IMG/VR virus record: IMGVR_UViG_3300026078_000021
Span: 51,539 to 115,538 of that record
Source: a virus
Lineage: Duplodnaviria; Heunggongvirae; Uroviricota; Caudoviricetes
DNA length: 64,000 bases
Direction: 5' to 3' (one strand)
Below, piece by piece: positions 27,714-37,802 of this stretch (the stretch's first letter is position 1; the number at the start of each line of letters is the position of its first letter). The notes beneath the pieces are model-generated. The model saw nothing but the letters and a program-made list of their open reading frames with translations, had not been told where the DNA came from and made no database searches. The position numbers and the translations under genes were made by a program.

Positions 27714-28217
27714 TCAGTATGAGCTGTGCAACGCGCAACGCAGCGCGTCACGGTTCGCGCGCACCCGCCGGCCTATAGCGACCGTGTCAGCCGTAGTCGG
27801 ATGCGACCGGTACCGGTTGCCGTTCACGGCAAGGTACGTGCACATGTCACGGATCAGCGTGCGATCGTCCGCGTGTGACCAGCCGCGCGCGCCGTACCGG
27901 ATCGGCGCGTAACACCCGTTGCACAGATAGTCGGGCCGGTCTTCCGTGATCTTCCCGTCTGCGCCGAGTGTGAGCGTGCACGCTTCGACCATGGGATGCG
28001 CGATGGAATACCGCTTACCGTCGCACCATTCGCGTACGAAGATCGGATAGAGACGCATCACGCTGCCCGTGTACGGCGCGGCGGGTACGGTGCGCACGGG
28101 GACGAGCGGCTTGCCGGTCGCAGCGTCGATGCTGCCGAGTTCGATAAGCCGCGCGCTGCCCGTACGGATGCGCCGTTCAAACTCTCGGCGCGCGGTTTTG
28201 ACGTCAGGCGCGTACAT
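27714..28217 (-). CDS. hypothetical protein
   Basis: 167 aa. Confidence 0.45.
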   Translation of the reverse strand: MYAPDVKTARREFERRIRTGSARLIELGSIDAATGKPLVPVRTVPAAPYTGSVMRLYPIFVREWCDGKRYSIAHPMVEACTLTLGADGKITEDRPDYLCNGCYAPIRYGARGWSHADDRTLIRDMCTYLAVNGNRYRSHPTTADTVAIGRRVRANRDALRCALHSSY

Positions 28218-28356
28218 GTAGCCGTAACCGTCGTATCCGAGTGCGGACGGTTGGCCCGGCTCATTGGAAATGCAACACGGCGAACATTGCTGGCTCCGTT
28301 TCGTTTGACAACCGACCGGTTACCGCGTGTGCGAGACACACGGCCCGGACGCGTGA

Positions 28357-29073
28357 TCAGACGTGCGTGAGAACCGCGATTCCGTCCGGTCGGACGTACG
28401 CGTTCCATTCGTTCGGTGGCCAGTCGAATGAGTCGACGCAATCGGCGCAAAGGTTGTCACCTTCCCGCCAGTCGGAAGCCTGGGCGGTAATCCACACGTT
28501 GGCGAACCGGTCGCAGTTTGCGTCGTATGTTCCGGGGGTGAATACCTGCCCGTAACGGCCACAGTTCGCGCACAGTGTGTCGGTTGCGCCGTTGTGTGGA
28601 CAGGGCCCGTAGTGACCGTGGCATGCGTAGTGGCGCGCGTCGTTTCCCTGGAGCATTCCCCTTAGTCGCGCGTGATCTAGTTCGCGTGTGAGCGCGTCTG
28701 CGAGTGTGCGCGTGCGGACGGAAATACTGGGCCGTTCGTATGCGTGAACCTTGCTCCTATCGCGTCCCAACCGGTCGTATTCCGGCAGCGTGTAGGTCCG
28801 CGCGGGGATGGTCCAACCGTTCGCGTTGCGCACGGGTGACTCATGCTGTTTGTCGGTGCGCATGTTGGGCACACGGTGCGGTTCTGCGCCGAGTAGCAGA
28901 CCAGCGGCGCGCGCAGTGCGTAGCGCGTACGTGATGCGTTCCGCCAGTTTTTGGGTTGGCACGGTGAACAGTGCGCGTTCCGGTTCCACTGAGTTCAGCA
29001 TGCGGAACACGGTCGGGATGCGGCGGGCCCTGCCCGTGTCGTATGGGGTCCACCATTGGTAAAGGTCAGTCAT
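28357..29073 (-). CDS. hypothetical Cys-rich protein
   Basis: Trimmed to Met 29073 with GGAAACGATCATGA context (MTDLYQWWTPYDTG...). Confidence 0.45.
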   Translation of the reverse strand: MTDLYQWWTPYDTGRARRIPTVFRMLNSVEPERALFTVPTQKLAERITYALRTARAAGLLLGAEPHRVPNMRTDKQHESPVRNANGWTIPARTYTLPEYDRLGRDRSKVHAYERPSISVRTRTLADALTRELDHARLRGMLQGNDARHYACHGHYGPCPHNGATDTLCANCGRYGQVFTPGTYDANCDRFANVWITAQASDWREGDNLCADCVDSFDWPPNEWNAYVRPDGIAVLTHV

Positions 29074-29128
29074 GATCGTTTCCTGCCGGTCGGTGGGGTG
29101 TCCACCAATCATGTCGCTTTGCTCCACC

Positions 29129-29139
29129 GTGTCAAGCCT
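29129..29139 (-). promoter_or_regulatory. conserved promoter motif AGGCTTGACAC (class 1)
   Basis: Third copy of the 22-nt block; upstream of the gene start at 29073. Confidence 0.5.
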
Positions 29140-29750
29140 ATCCGGCAAAGGATCTCCGGACAGTCCACCTGGGCCGGTCGCTACCGGCCCGGATACCGCG
29201 CGCATACCCGCCGGCAGCGCCATACCTTGCCAGCTCACGCGTGCGGGCCCTATTCTCAGACCCTGGAAAGCGCACTCGGCAGGCAATACGCCGGTACTCG
29301 ACCGTTGACATACGGTGCTGAGTGCCAGTGTGTTGACTCGTGCGTGATCTTGGCCCGTGCGCTGATTCTCGCGCGCACGGGCCCGGGGCCACCCCCCCGC
29401 CGGCCCGCCGCGCGCCCGCACGTGGGGGAGAGGATCGGCCAGCCGGCGCGGTCGGGCGCATTGACCATGAAAGCGCTAACGGGCCGCGCACGCCGGCTAC
29501 GAAGGTGACGGCAGTGTGTGAGGCACGGGCGCGACCTCGGCGGGGGATGTGACACGCCGTTGCGCTAGGTGCGGCGGGAGTATCGCGGCACGTTGCCGAT
29601 GTAAGTGCGCGGAGCTGGGCCGGCGCGTGGGGGTGGCACCGGCACGGGCGGGTAAGCGAAAGCGTGCGCAGCGGTTCGGCCGGAGTGAACTAATAGCGTT
29701 TGTTCTTGTTAGCGTTTAGCGTTTCCTTCACAGCCGCGCGGTGTAATAGC

Positions 29751-29850
29751 TTTTTACCTTTCTACCATTATTTAAATAGCGAGCGCTAGCGCTAGCGCTA
29801 GGGCCCTTTTTTGGTTTTACTATTGCGCCCGTATGGGGTCCGTATGGGGG
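29751..29850. repeat. ~85-bp AT-rich element with an (AGCGCT)x3 palindrome + GGGCCC + T-run; copy 1 of 2
   Basis: atagctttttacct...aaatagcgagcgctagcgctagcgctagggcccttttttgg...attgcgcccgtatgg. About 90% identical to the copy at 38326-38406. Sharply AT-rich in a 70%-GC context. Could act as a bidirectional terminator-like hairpin. Confidence 0.65.
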
Positions 29851-29911
29851 TTCGCCCCCGGAAACGCCAGCGCCCCCGACCGGTGATGGTCGGGGGCGCT
29901 GCGTTGGACGG

Positions 29912-31579
29912 TCAGGCCATGCCGGCGTACCTCATCGGCATGTACTGCTCGGCGACCCTGCTTCGGCTCGTCTCGTCGTTGTCGGCAACCACCCACATGG
30001 GGGTGTCACGTGTGCCGGGCAACGGCAGCCCGATCAGGCATGTGTGCGTGGCGCCTAGCTCGCCGCGCTCCCACACCCCGCCGTCGTTGTCCACAAGCCG
30101 GGTGCCAGGGCACAGGTCGAACAGGTCGGCTACGTCGGTGAGGGGCTGGACGATGGCGGGGAACGTGATCTCGGTGCCGTCGGTAATCTCGTCGTTGTTC
30201 TCCGGGGCCGCGCCGCCGTCGGTCATGACGGTGCGGAACTCATATCCGGCGGCGTCTTTCAGCGTGAGGCCGGCTTGAAGCTCGCTCAGCTCCTCCATGC
30301 TGCCCACCTGTACGGCGGCGTCCTGCGTGAACAGGCCGGGGGTGATGATGGGGCGCGGTACCGTGTCGGTGCCGGGCGTGTGCAGCACGGCGTACGGGCC
30401 GCGTTCGGTGATCTCTGTCGGGTTGAGGCAGCGCCGGCCCGTGCCCGCTCGCCGTTCGGTGCACAGGGCGGGCTGTCCTTCGTGGGTGGTGCGCGTGAGG
30501 GCGCGCCCGTTGCGGTCGGCGAGGATAGTGCCGACGGGTAGTGCCCAGAGCTGTTGCGGGGTGGTCACCGTGTCGGTGGTGGGCGCGGTGGACAGCGGTG
30601 GCCTGTCTTCGCTCCACGGGCTGCGCTGGGGCTCGGTCAGGAGCGGCGCGCAGACGAGCGGCGTCAAGGGGAACGCGTCGCCCAGCGCAAGGTCATTGGC
30701 ACTGGCCGCGTGATGACCGTTGGTGCAGTACGCGCGCGTCTCGTCGTGCTCACGGCGGATGATCCACACTTCGCCGCGCCGGTCGAGCATCGCCTGGCCG
30801 TGCGGCTGCTGCCAGAACTGGCCCATGCTCGTGATGAGCGTGGCCGGGTCCGGACGGTCGGCGGTGGCTTGGCCGGGCAGGTAGATCGGGCGGAACGCGC
30901 CGGTACGCGGCGAGCCGTGGGGGCGGTAGGTGTGCAGGGTTCCGACGCATTCGAGCATGGGGCCGCGCATGTCGTCGCGCCGTAGCCACGCGTCGCCGCT
31001 GTGGTCGAGGAACACACTGCCGGGCGGGTACGCCCACAGGTCGGCCCATCCGATCGCCCTGTCCCCGGGTGTGGCGGGCAGTGAGACGACGGTGAGCGGG
31101 TCGGGTAACGGCTCCTGCGGGTCGTGCGGGGTGTACTCGTTGGCGGTGAGGGCGAGCCAGTTCATGGATTCGTGTCCCGCGAACGTCGAGGCAGCGGCGG
31201 GGATGCGCACGAGCGCGCGGCAGGCCCCGTTCACCAGTTGCCAGTCCGGGCGCACAACCCAGAACAGGGTTTCGGTCGGATCGCGCAGTACCGTCCAGTT
31301 CGGCAGGGCGGCGGCCTGGCCGAAAGTTTCGACGGTGATGGAGCGGGGCGCGCCGGCGGGTTCGTGGATGGTGACGAGCGGGTATTCTCCGGGGTCGAGT
31401 TCATCGAACATGGGGTCGCCCCACAGTGCGCCGCCTGATTCGGCGGCGAGCATGCGCATGGACAGCGCGGGTTTCGCGTCGGGGCCGGTGGTGCGCTTGT
31501 AGATCGCGCCGTCGGGGCTGGCGACGATGGTTCCGGGGGGCAGGGCGAAGAGTTCACTGGCGTTGTTGATCGTTTTCAT
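29912..31579 (-). CDS. hypothetical protein with five ~60-aa internal tandem repeats (LxxLPxGTxxxDxxGxxWxR)
   Basis: RBS AAAGG before ATG 31579. Repeats include ASELFALPPGTIVASPDGAIYKRT, QQLWALPVGTILADRNGRALTRTT and VADLFDLCPGTRLVDNDGGVWERG. Confidence 0.5.
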   Translation of the reverse strand: MKTINNASELFALPPGTIVASPDGAIYKRTTGPDAKPALSMRMLAAESGGALWGDPMFDELDPGEYPLVTIHEPAGAPRSITVETFGQAAALPNWTVLRDPTETLFWVVRPDWQLVNGACRALVRIPAAASTFAGHESMNWLALTANEYTPHDPQEPLPDPLTVVSLPATPGDRAIGWADLWAYPPGSVFLDHSGDAWLRRDDMRGPMLECVGTLHTYRPHGSPRTGAFRPIYLPGQATADRPDPATLITSMGQFWQQPHGQAMLDRRGEVWIIRREHDETRAYCTNGHHAASANDLALGDAFPLTPLVCAPLLTEPQRSPWSEDRPPLSTAPTTDTVTTPQQLWALPVGTILADRNGRALTRTTHEGQPALCTERRAGTGRRCLNPTEITERGPYAVLHTPGTDTVPRPIITPGLFTQDAAVQVGSMEELSELQAGLTLKDAAGYEFRTVMTDGGAAPENNDEITDGTEITFPAIVQPLTDVADLFDLCPGTRLVDNDGGVWERGELGATHTCLIGLPLPGTRDTPMWVVADNDETSRSRVAEQYMPMRYAGMA

Positions 31580-31926
31580 GATTGTGCCTTTCGGGTGCGG
31601 CGGCGGGGTTCGGTGTTTTGGGGTGGGGCCAGTTCGGGCCAGGCGGCGCGGACTTGGCGGATGCACCAGGTTTTGCGGTCTGGGTAGCCGCTGGGTTTCT
31701 GGGTTGGTTTGCCGTCGGCGACGGCGGGCCGGCCGTGGCAGCGCAACGCGGTGCGTATCAGGGTGCGTACGGTGTTGCCGTCGAGTGGTTGGCGTGAGCG
31801 CAGGATGAAATCGAGGTTCGTCGGCGGGTAGGTGAAGTGCAAGCCGTCCCACAGCAGCGCCGCTAGTTCCAGCTCGGTCATTTTCGGGTAGACGACGGTG
31901 ACATCTACGGTGGTGGGCGGCTCCAC
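31576..31926 (-). CDS. hypothetical protein
   Basis: 116 aa; ATGA overlap with the downstream gene. Confidence 0.4.
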   Translation of the reverse strand: MEPPTTVDVTVVYPKMTELELAALLWDGLHFTYPPTNLDFILRSRQPLDGNTVRTLIRTALRCHGRPAVADGKPTQKPSGYPDRKTWCIRQVRAAWPELAPPQNTEPRRRTRKAQS

Positions 31927-31935
31927 GGGGGTGTC

Positions 31936-32562
31936 CTAGCCGGGGATTCTGCTGAGGGCGTGCTCCGCTTGGAGTGCGGCGCGGGCGGCTTCGTGCGCGG
32001 CTTGGTCGGCGTGCCGGGTGGCCAGGTCGGCGAGTTTCGCGTAGTCCTCGGGTCTGTCGTCGGTTTGTAGGTGTGTGAGGGTACGGAACGCGTCGTATGC
32101 GGCGGCGGCGAAAACGGCGAGCTGTTCGGCGTCATGGGCGCGGGTGTGGGCGCTGGTCACGGGTGCAAGCGCGTCGTCTCGCTCTGCCGGGGCCAGTTTG
32201 CTCACGCGTTGCGCTGCGCTGCTCAGGTGGTGTGTTGCGGTGCGTAGAGCGGCGCGGGCCTGGTCGCAGTACTGCGTTGCGCAGGGCGGGAAACGCGGGT
32301 CATGGGGGTAGGTGCCGAACGGGCCGTAGGGTAATGCGCGGTCGGGTGGGGCGATGGCCAGGAGTACGGCATCCGCTCGGGGCCGGTGGACGGGTTCGAG
32401 GGATGCGCCCATGCCGGCGCCTTTTCTGAGCCACTGGTCGCCGTTGGCGTCGATGAGCCGGGTTCCGGGTGCGACGGCGCGAGCTTCGCTGTAGGTGCTG
32501 ACCACTGTGGGGTCCTTTCGCGAGTTGCGGCGGGCGTGTCGGCCTCTGATGGCGGCGGTCAT
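31936..32562 (-). CDS. hypothetical protein
   Basis: 208 aa. Confidence 0.4.
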   Translation of the reverse strand: MTAAIRGRHARRNSRKDPTVVSTYSEARAVAPGTRLIDANGDQWLRKGAGMGASLEPVHRPRADAVLLAIAPPDRALPYGPFGTYPHDPRFPPCATQYCDQARAALRTATHHLSSAAQRVSKLAPAERDDALAPVTSAHTRAHDAEQLAVFAAAAYDAFRTLTHLQTDDRPEDYAKLADLATRHADQAAHEAARAALQAEHALSRIPG

Positions 32563-33086
32563 GTGTTGGTAGCGGTGTCAGGGGCGGGTGGGCGTACCAT
32601 GTCGTTGATCGCTACCGCCCACGCGCAGTGGGTGACGACCGTGAGGTAATGGGTGCCGGGGGAGTTGTGCACGTACGTGGTTGCGGTCTCGCCGGTGCGG
32701 GTGGTGTAGGCGAGGGTTGCGCCGTCGCCGGGGCCGCCGTGTTCGGTGATGCGTAGCGCCTCGCCGGTGGGACACGTGTAGGTGTAGGTGAGTGACCAGT
32801 CGCCGTCGGTGGTGAAATCCGGGGTTTGGCCGTTGCTGTTGCCGTGCCAGGTGTTCGGTGCGCCGGTGGTAATCCCCGGGGGTGTTAGCGCGGTGTGGGG
32901 GGTGGTGACTTTGTAGATTCCGAGTACGGCGAGTATGGCGGCGGACGCGATGGCGGTAACGGTGAGGCGCCTGCGTCGGCGGGTTTGTGCTGCTTCTGCT
33001 CTCGATTCGGTCACGGTGTCCCTCGTGTTGTCGTGGTCTGATTCCCGGGAGGCCCGTACCACCTGTCTGCTACGCCACCGGCTCAT
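32559..33086 (-). CDS. membrane-anchored or secreted hypothetical protein
   Basis: TM segment (LTVTAIASAAILAVLGIY) after a basic N-terminus. Confidence 0.4.
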   Translation of the reverse strand: MSRWRSRQVVRASRESDHDNTRDTVTESRAEAAQTRRRRRLTVTAIASAAILAVLGIYKVTTPHTALTPPGITTGAPNTWHGNSNGQTPDFTTDGDWSLTYTYTCPTGEALRITEHGGPGDGATLAYTTRTGETATTYVHNSPGTHYLTVVTHCAWAVAINDMVRPPAPDTATNT

Positions 33087-33177
33087 GTCCGTCGCCGCTA
33101 TGTTCGCGGGTTCGACTTCACCGGTTCTCGTCCAGGCAGCTTTGGCGGTACGGGGGTCTCAGGGCGTCAGGCCGGGG

Positions 33178-33663
33178 TTACTCGCTGCCCTTGTAGCCGG
33201 TGGCCCAGGCGAGGAGCGTGGCGAGGTTGACGGCGTAGTGCGCGTCGCCTTGCATGAGGATGACGTGTAGTTCGGTTCGGATGCCGTAGCCGGGGTTGGG
33301 CCAGTGGCCGGCGTTGTCGAACGCGGTGCCCGCGACGATGGCGGTTACGTCCTGCTCGTCGGGCTCGTGCCAGTTGTCCCGGACACCGAACTGCCGGGCG
33401 ATCTTGATCAGGTGGGCGCGGTCGGTGATGCGCAGGGGTTCCCCGCTGGGCTGCGGGCCGGTGGAGATGGTGTGGGCGCTGGAGCGGACGGTGACCGTCT
33501 CGTCACACCGGAAGACGTCCACGAACAGTCGCCCGTCTTCGGTGGTGGCCAGGGTGAGCAGGCCGCCGCCGTTGGGGGAGTCGAACTCGAAGCGGGCTTC
33601 GTTCGCGGGGGCGTCGTTAGCGGTCTGGTGACGCTTGATGGTGGGGCGCTGGTATCGGGGCAT
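33178..33663 (-). CDS. hypothetical protein (paralog of 33697..34314)
   Basis: Shared segments NWHEPDEQD...AVNLATLLAWAT versus DWHEPDEPDE...AVNVADLLNWAT. Confidence 0.45.
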   Translation of the reverse strand: MPRYQRPTIKRHQTANDAPANEARFEFDSPNGGGLLTLATTEDGRLFVDVFRCDETVTVRSSAHTISTGPQPSGEPLRITDRAHLIKIARQFGVRDNWHEPDEQDVTAIVAGTAFDNAGHWPNPGYGIRTELHVILMQGDAHYAVNLATLLAWATGYKGSE

Positions 33664-33696
33664 GGCGTGTCCTTCCGGGCTCGGTGGGCGGGGCGG

Positions 33697-34314
33697 TCAG
33701 CGAGCGCCGGGGGCCGGGATCGCCCCGAACCTCGCCTCTAGGGTCTGTACGAGTCGGCTGGCGATCTCGTGGGCGGTGTCGGCGTCGGCGGCGGTGCGCC
33801 AGTCGGCGGCGAGTTGCCACAGTTCGCTCAGCGCGGGGGCGGGGCTGGTTGCCCAGTTCAGCAGGTCGGCGACGTTGACGGCCCAGTCGCCGTCGGGTTT
33901 GCCGGTGTCGGCGTCGCGGCGGTGCAGGGTGATGACGTATTCGCGGCCGTGCGTGCCGCATGCGTTGTCGAGGTGGTTGCCGCTGATGGTGGCGCTGATG
34001 CCGCGCTCGTCGGGTTCGTCGGGTTCGTGCCAGTCGCCGGCCTGAAGGTCCCTCGCGATGGCGGTCAGGTCGTCGCGGGACCACACGGGGTGGGGTTCGC
34101 CGGGCACGCGCAGGGGGCGGGCGCGCTCGGGGTTATGGCGGATCTCGACGTTTCCCTCGGTGCCGGTGACGTCGATGACGAGGGTTTCATCGTTGTCGCG
34201 GTCGGTGAGGGTCAGCAGGGTGTTGCCGTAGTTGCCTTCGGCTTTGAACTGGTGCAGGTGGGGCTGTGGGGCGTTGGAGGGGTTGTGCGGGTAGATCGCG
34301 GGGGCGATGCGCAT
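33697..34314 (-). CDS. hypothetical protein (paralog of 33178..33663)
   Basis: See the paralog entry. Confidence 0.45.
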   Translation of the reverse strand: MRIAPAIYPHNPSNAPQPHLHQFKAEGNYGNTLLTLTDRDNDETLVIDVTGTEGNVEIRHNPERARPLRVPGEPHPVWSRDDLTAIARDLQAGDWHEPDEPDERGISATISGNHLDNACGTHGREYVITLHRRDADTGKPDGDWAVNVADLLNWATSPAPALSELWQLAADWRTAADADTAHEIASRLVQTLEARFGAIPAPGAR

Positions 34315-34422
34315 GTGTGGGGCTCCGTTTCGGTGCGGGTGGCGGGCCCCGGTGTACTTCCGGTGTGGCCGGTGACGCGGCCGGGGCTTGCGACACAGCT
34401 AACTCTATCGCATCACTCAATC

Positions 34423-34433
34423 GTGTCAAGCCT
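34423..34433 (-). promoter_or_regulatory. promoter motif AGGCTTGACAC (class 1)
   Basis: caatcgtgtcaagcctgt; upstream of the gene start at 34314. Confidence 0.45.
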
Positions 34434-34443
34434 GTTGGGGTAG

Positions 34444-35544
34444 TTAGGCAGGCTTCGAAGTGCGCCAGTTCTCCAACAGCGCAGACCCGAGCGGGGTCAA
34501 CCGTGCCCGGCCCTCGTCCCCCGCCGTCACCCACCCGTTACGGGGAAGCGATTGCAACGTCTGCATACTCGGACGGTCACCCACCACCTCACCCACCGTC
34601 AGAAACACCCCGGCAGGGCTCAGGCGCACGTCGTTGCGCTCCACCCAGTCCAACGCGGCGTTTTGCCGCTCGCTGGCCTTCGTGCCCACAGCCCTTGGCG
34701 ACACCGCCGGTGTCGGCTCCGGTGCCACCGGCTCAGGCAGGGGCTCAGGCAGGGGCTCAGGCGCCGGAGCCGGTGCCGGCTGCTCGGCGACCACCGGCGC
34801 GGGCGCCAACACCGACGCCACCGCGTCCGCGTCCACCTCACCGAGCCCGATCCGCATGCGCAGCAGGGGCCCGGCCTTACGCCGCCAACCGCGCCCGGCC
34901 AGGTGCCGGGCGGTCGCGATAGCCGCCAGGCGCGTACGCTCCCGCGCCAACGCGCGCGGGTATGAGTTAACCTGCCACAGCACCATGCGGCGAAAGAGTA
35001 GGAACGTCGGCAGCGGGGAGAGCAGCCAGCGCCCGAGAGGGATCGGCTGGCGGCGCGTGTTGCCGCTCAACCCGACGTGCGTGCGCACCACGTGCCGCAT
35101 CAGCTCCACGAACACGACCCAGATCGCGGGCATCAGCACGTGCGCGACCTTGCCCGCCGGGTCGTGGCCGGCGGTGTAGTTGAGGTAGATGGTGCCGCCG
35201 GTCGCGCCGTACACGACCCACCGCGCGAGCGGGTGTGACATGTCCATTCTGGCCAGGATCAGGTCCACGCCGGAGAACACGAACACGGTCAGGTCAACCA
35301 CGATCGGCACCAGCAACGCCCACGCGCCGAACGCGGGGATCATCTCGTCGCGCACTGACCGAAACGACAGGGCCATACCGCCCAGGCCGATGAGCGCGGC
35401 CATGACGCCGATGATCACGGCCAGCGTGATCCATCCGGCGCTGAGGCGGTTCGCCGTCGGCTCCGGGTCGGCGGGCGGTGGTGGCGGGCGGTGGTGGCCG
35501 TTGGCGTGGGTTATCACCATCGGATCGAGCGTTGTCGTAGTCAT
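34444..35544 (-). CDS. integral membrane protein (4-5 TM helices) with a Pro/Ala-rich linker
   Basis: 366 aa; hydrophobic N-terminal half; a PEPLPEPLPEP repeat. Confidence 0.45.
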   Translation of the reverse strand: MTTTTLDPMVITHANGHHRPPPPPADPEPTANRLSAGWITLAVIIGVMAALIGLGGMALSFRSVRDEMIPAFGAWALLVPIVVDLTVFVFSGVDLILARMDMSHPLARWVVYGATGGTIYLNYTAGHDPAGKVAHVLMPAIWVVFVELMRHVVRTHVGLSGNTRRQPIPLGRWLLSPLPTFLLFRRMVLWQVNSYPRALARERTRLAAIATARHLAGRGWRRKAGPLLRMRIGLGEVDADAVASVLAPAPVVAEQPAPAPAPEPLPEPLPEPVAPEPTPAVSPRAVGTKASERQNAALDWVERNDVRLSPAGVFLTVGEVVGDRPSMQTLQSLPRNGWVTAGDEGRARLTPLGSALLENWRTSKPA

Positions 35545-36050
35545 GAGGCGGCCTTTCTAAGGCTCCAGGGGGTGGGCTGCTCGTTGTGGGTGGCCGGGGA
35601 CTCCAGGACGAGCCCGTGAGTGGTCACGTGCGGCTCGTAGCGGCCGAATTGCACGATGCCGGGGAACTGGCGGTCGACCCATAGCCGCGCGAGTTTGAGT
35701 GAGCGAAACACCGTGATCTGCTCCGGCTGCTCGGCGTGGTGCACCAGTAGCAGCCCGGCCGCCGGCGGGACGTCCAGCGCCGGCGCTACGGGGCCCGTCG
35801 CGATGATCATGCCGCTGATGATCTGCGGGGCGGGCACGGCGTAGTGTCGCTCACCGGAGGGGAACTCGTCGTCGAGGCGCGCGCTGGTGGCGGGCACGTC
35901 GACCAGCACGAAGTGATCGCCGTACCCGGCTGCCTGGCCGCCCGGCCGTGTGGTGAAGTACACGCTGCGGTCGTTCTCCCGGCTGATGAAACTTCCGGTA
36001 TGTCTGATCGCGGCGGCCTCGAATCTTTCGCACAGGTGCCAAAGCAGCAT
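35541..36050 (-). CDS. hypothetical protein
   Basis: 169 aa. Confidence 0.4.
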   Translation of the reverse strand: MLLWHLCERFEAAAIRHTGSFISRENDRSVYFTTRPGGQAAGYGDHFVLVDVPATSARLDDEFPSGERHYAVPAPQIISGMIIATGPVAPALDVPPAAGLLLVHHAEQPEQITVFRSLKLARLWVDRQFPGIVQFGRYEPHVTTHGLVLESPATHNEQPTPWSLRKAAS

Positions 36051-36197
36051 GGCGGGGCCCTTTCCCGGGTCGGTGGTGGGGTTCGTGCCAGGTGGCGTGT
36101 CCGGGAATCGAACCCGGTTCCCCTCGCATGCGGGCGGGGGTGTCTCCTGTCCAGGAATACGAACACGCCGGGGGCGGCCCGCCGGGGCCGCCGGGGG

Positions 36198-36797
36198 TCA
36201 GTCGTGGTAGGAGCGTTCGCCGGCGCGGTAGTAGCCGGTGTTGTTGAGCGGTGTGAGCGGCATGTGCAGGAAGCTGTCGGTCGGGTGCGGGACCGACATG
36301 CGGTATTCGGTGAACTTGCGGCCGGTCTCGTCCTCGCTCTCGACGCGCGCGAATGTGATCACGAACGCGCCGCGCGGGTCGTCGATGCTGATGGAGAAAC
36401 GCACCTCGTCCTGGCTGGCGTCGGTGGCCAGGCTGGCGGAGTTGACCCAGCCGAGCGGCGCAACGGTGGCGACGTGCGGGGCGGGCTTGTCCTCGCCGTT
36501 GAGTTCGCAACCGCCCTCGCCGTCCTCGTCGGTGGGGGTGTCGCAGTCCTCGCCGCACACGTGCGACTGGCCGTAGTTCTCGTTCTGGGGGCAACCAGAG
36601 GTGTCGTCTTTGTGGACGCCTTCGGCGTTTGTGCTGGCGCCGCATGCGGCGCACTGGTAGACGGTGGTGCCGTCGGTGAAGCTGACGTCGATGTCGATCT
36701 CTCCGGCGGCGTCGATGGCGTTCGATGAGACCTCGCTGGGGTCGATTTCCGCGAGGGCGACGTCGTTGATCTTGACGTCGGCGGCCACGTAGGTCAT
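36198..36797 (-). CDS. hypothetical acidic Cys-containing protein
   Basis: 199 aa. Confidence 0.4.
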   Translation of the reverse strand: MTYVAADVKINDVALAEIDPSEVSSNAIDAAGEIDIDVSFTDGTTVYQCAACGASTNAEGVHKDDTSGCPQNENYGQSHVCGEDCDTPTDEDGEGGCELNGEDKPAPHVATVAPLGWVNSASLATDASQDEVRFSISIDDPRGAFVITFARVESEDETGRKFTEYRMSVPHPTDSFLHMPLTPLNNTGYYRAGERSYHD

Positions 36798-37246
36798 GGG
36801 GTGTGCTCCGTTCGGTTGGGGTTGTTGACGGCAACATTAGTCCCCGCACTCAACTGTGTCAAGCCTGTAGAGTGGTCAGGGTCTAATACCGCCCCGACCT
36901 CGCCCGTAAGCTGTGCCACCGCCGGCGCGAGCCACCCCCGCACGCACTGAACCGTCATCGCTAGCGCCGCTTCCCCGAACTGATCCGCCAGCGAACGGGC
37001 CGGATCGTACGGCACGGCGAACCGCGACACCCGCGCGAACGTGAACTCAGTGAACGAATACACCGGCAACAGGTGAAGATCCACCCGGGGGTCACCCGAA
37101 GGCCACACCCATTCGGTGTCCACCTGCCACCGGTCGCTGTCATCGCCCACGAACCGCGCGTCTCCCGCCGGCCGGGCCGTCAACAGGTAACGCAGGTCCG
37201 CAAAGCTGCTCTCCAGCCACATACGCTCCAACACGGCGTGAAGCAT
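36794..37246 (-). CDS. hypothetical protein
   Basis: 150 aa. Confidence 0.4.
   Translation of the reverse strand: MLHAVLERMWLESSFADLRYLLTARPAGDARFVGDDSDRWQVDTEWVWPSGDPRVDLHLLPVYSFTEFTFARVSRFAVPYDPARSLADQFGEAALAMTVQCVRGWLAPAVAQLTGEVGAVLDPDHSTGLTQLSAGTNVAVNNPNRTEHTP
36856..36866 (-). promoter_or_regulatory. promoter motif AGGCTTGACAC (class 1)
   Basis: caactgtgtcaagcctgtag; upstream of the gene start at 36797. Confidence 0.45.
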
Positions 37247-37253
37247 CGCGGGG

Positions 37254-37802
37254 CTACTTGCCGGTAGTGAAGTCGACGCCGAACGCCTTCGGGCCGTAGT
37301 TGTCGACCAGGGCCTGACGGTGCTCGGCGCAGTTCAGCGAGCCGTCGGCGGCCGGCTTCTCGCAGTACTGGACGCTACCGGGGCCGCCGTAGACGGTCTG
37401 ATAGCTGCACTTGCCAGCGCGTACCAAGTCGCATTCATAGTCGTTGGCGAACCGCTCGGCGTTGCGGTTCATGAACGCGATGCGCTCCAGGCGCGGCCCG
37501 TCGCATTCGATGACCTCGCCGCCGGGCTCGGTGCAGTAGCCGACGACGCGTAGCGGGTGGTCGGCGGGGAAGGAGATCACGTCATCCTCGCCGCTGGTGG
37601 CGACGTGGAGCAGCACGGCGCCGGGCGCTCGGTAGGGTAGCTCGTCGTTCTCCAGCGGCAGGACGTAGGCGTACTCGTAGGTGTACAGGCCGCCGTCGGG
37701 GTCGTCTTTGTTGGCGGCGTAGGGGTCACCCCCCAGGTCGAGCACGAGCCCGGCGCGGATCTCGCGGGCGGGCAGGGTGAAGGCGGCGGGTTCGGTGGTC
37801 AT
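37254..37802 (-). CDS. hypothetical protein
   Basis: Trimmed to Met 37802 (MTTEPAAFTLPAREIRAG...). Confidence 0.45.
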   Translation of the reverse strand: MTTEPAAFTLPAREIRAGLVLDLGGDPYAANKDDPDGGLYTYEYAYVLPLENDELPYRAPGAVLLHVATSGEDDVISFPADHPLRVVGYCTEPGGEVIECDGPRLERIAFMNRNAERFANDYECDLVRAGKCSYQTVYGGPGSVQYCEKPAADGSLNCAEHRQALVDNYGPKAFGVDFTTGK

